A DNA stretch of 63,030 nucleotides, counting the filler, from Octopus bimaculoides (taxonomy: Eukaryota): the NCBI RefSeq assembly GCF_001194135.2. It is 5 parts of 5 records of this genome, joined end to end, with 100 filler letters (N's around TTAATTAATTAA, not from the genome) between each part and the next. Parts side by side here need not be neighbours in the genome. Positions count along the whole stretch, not along the records: positions 58,574 to 63,030 come from NC_068982.1; 4 more parts are not named here. One strand, 5' to 3'. The notes beneath the pieces were generated by a model that was given only the letters and a program-made list of their open reading frames with translations, was not told the DNA's origin and searched no databases. Position 1 is the stretch's first letter, and each line of letters starts with the position of its first letter. The position numbers were made by a program, and so were the translations under genes. Below are positions 63,029-63,030 of the stretch, piece after piece.

Positions 63029-63030
63029 TA

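Overview
AT-rich, microsatellite- and transposon-dense eukaryotic genomic DNA. The SINE, R4/Dong and Penelope repeat content looks like a coleoid cephalopod, probably Octopus (inference, not verified). It has many N gaps plus four artificial N-TTAATTAATTAA-N linkers that split it into about five pieces whose adjacency is unproven. Host coding content is small: a single-coding-exon mTERF-type mitochondrial protein (8014-9273), an uninterrupted 794-aa LRR-only protein (18282-20666), one non-canonical Ig-like exon (26203-26451) and one isolated ALK/LTK glycine-rich exon (32075-32251). The rest is SINEs, decayed LINEs (R4/Dong, RTE, RTE-X), several Penelope-like elements, a mariner plus derived MITE, Tigger/hAT/unclassified MITEs and a Helitron remnant. 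The most unusual observations are: (1) a 797-bp TIR element with an exact 8-bp TSD carrying head-to-head telomeric repeats (TTAGGG)n/(CCCTAA)n; (2) an intact type I hammerhead ribozyme next to a Penelope element bounded by 135-bp inverted repeats; (3) a perfect 15-bp palindrome containing the LRR stop codon and a possible splice donor. No prokaryotic features, CRISPR arrays, rRNA or true tRNA genes are supported. Family calls rest on motifs recognised by eye, without database searches. Decayed-element boundaries are approximate.
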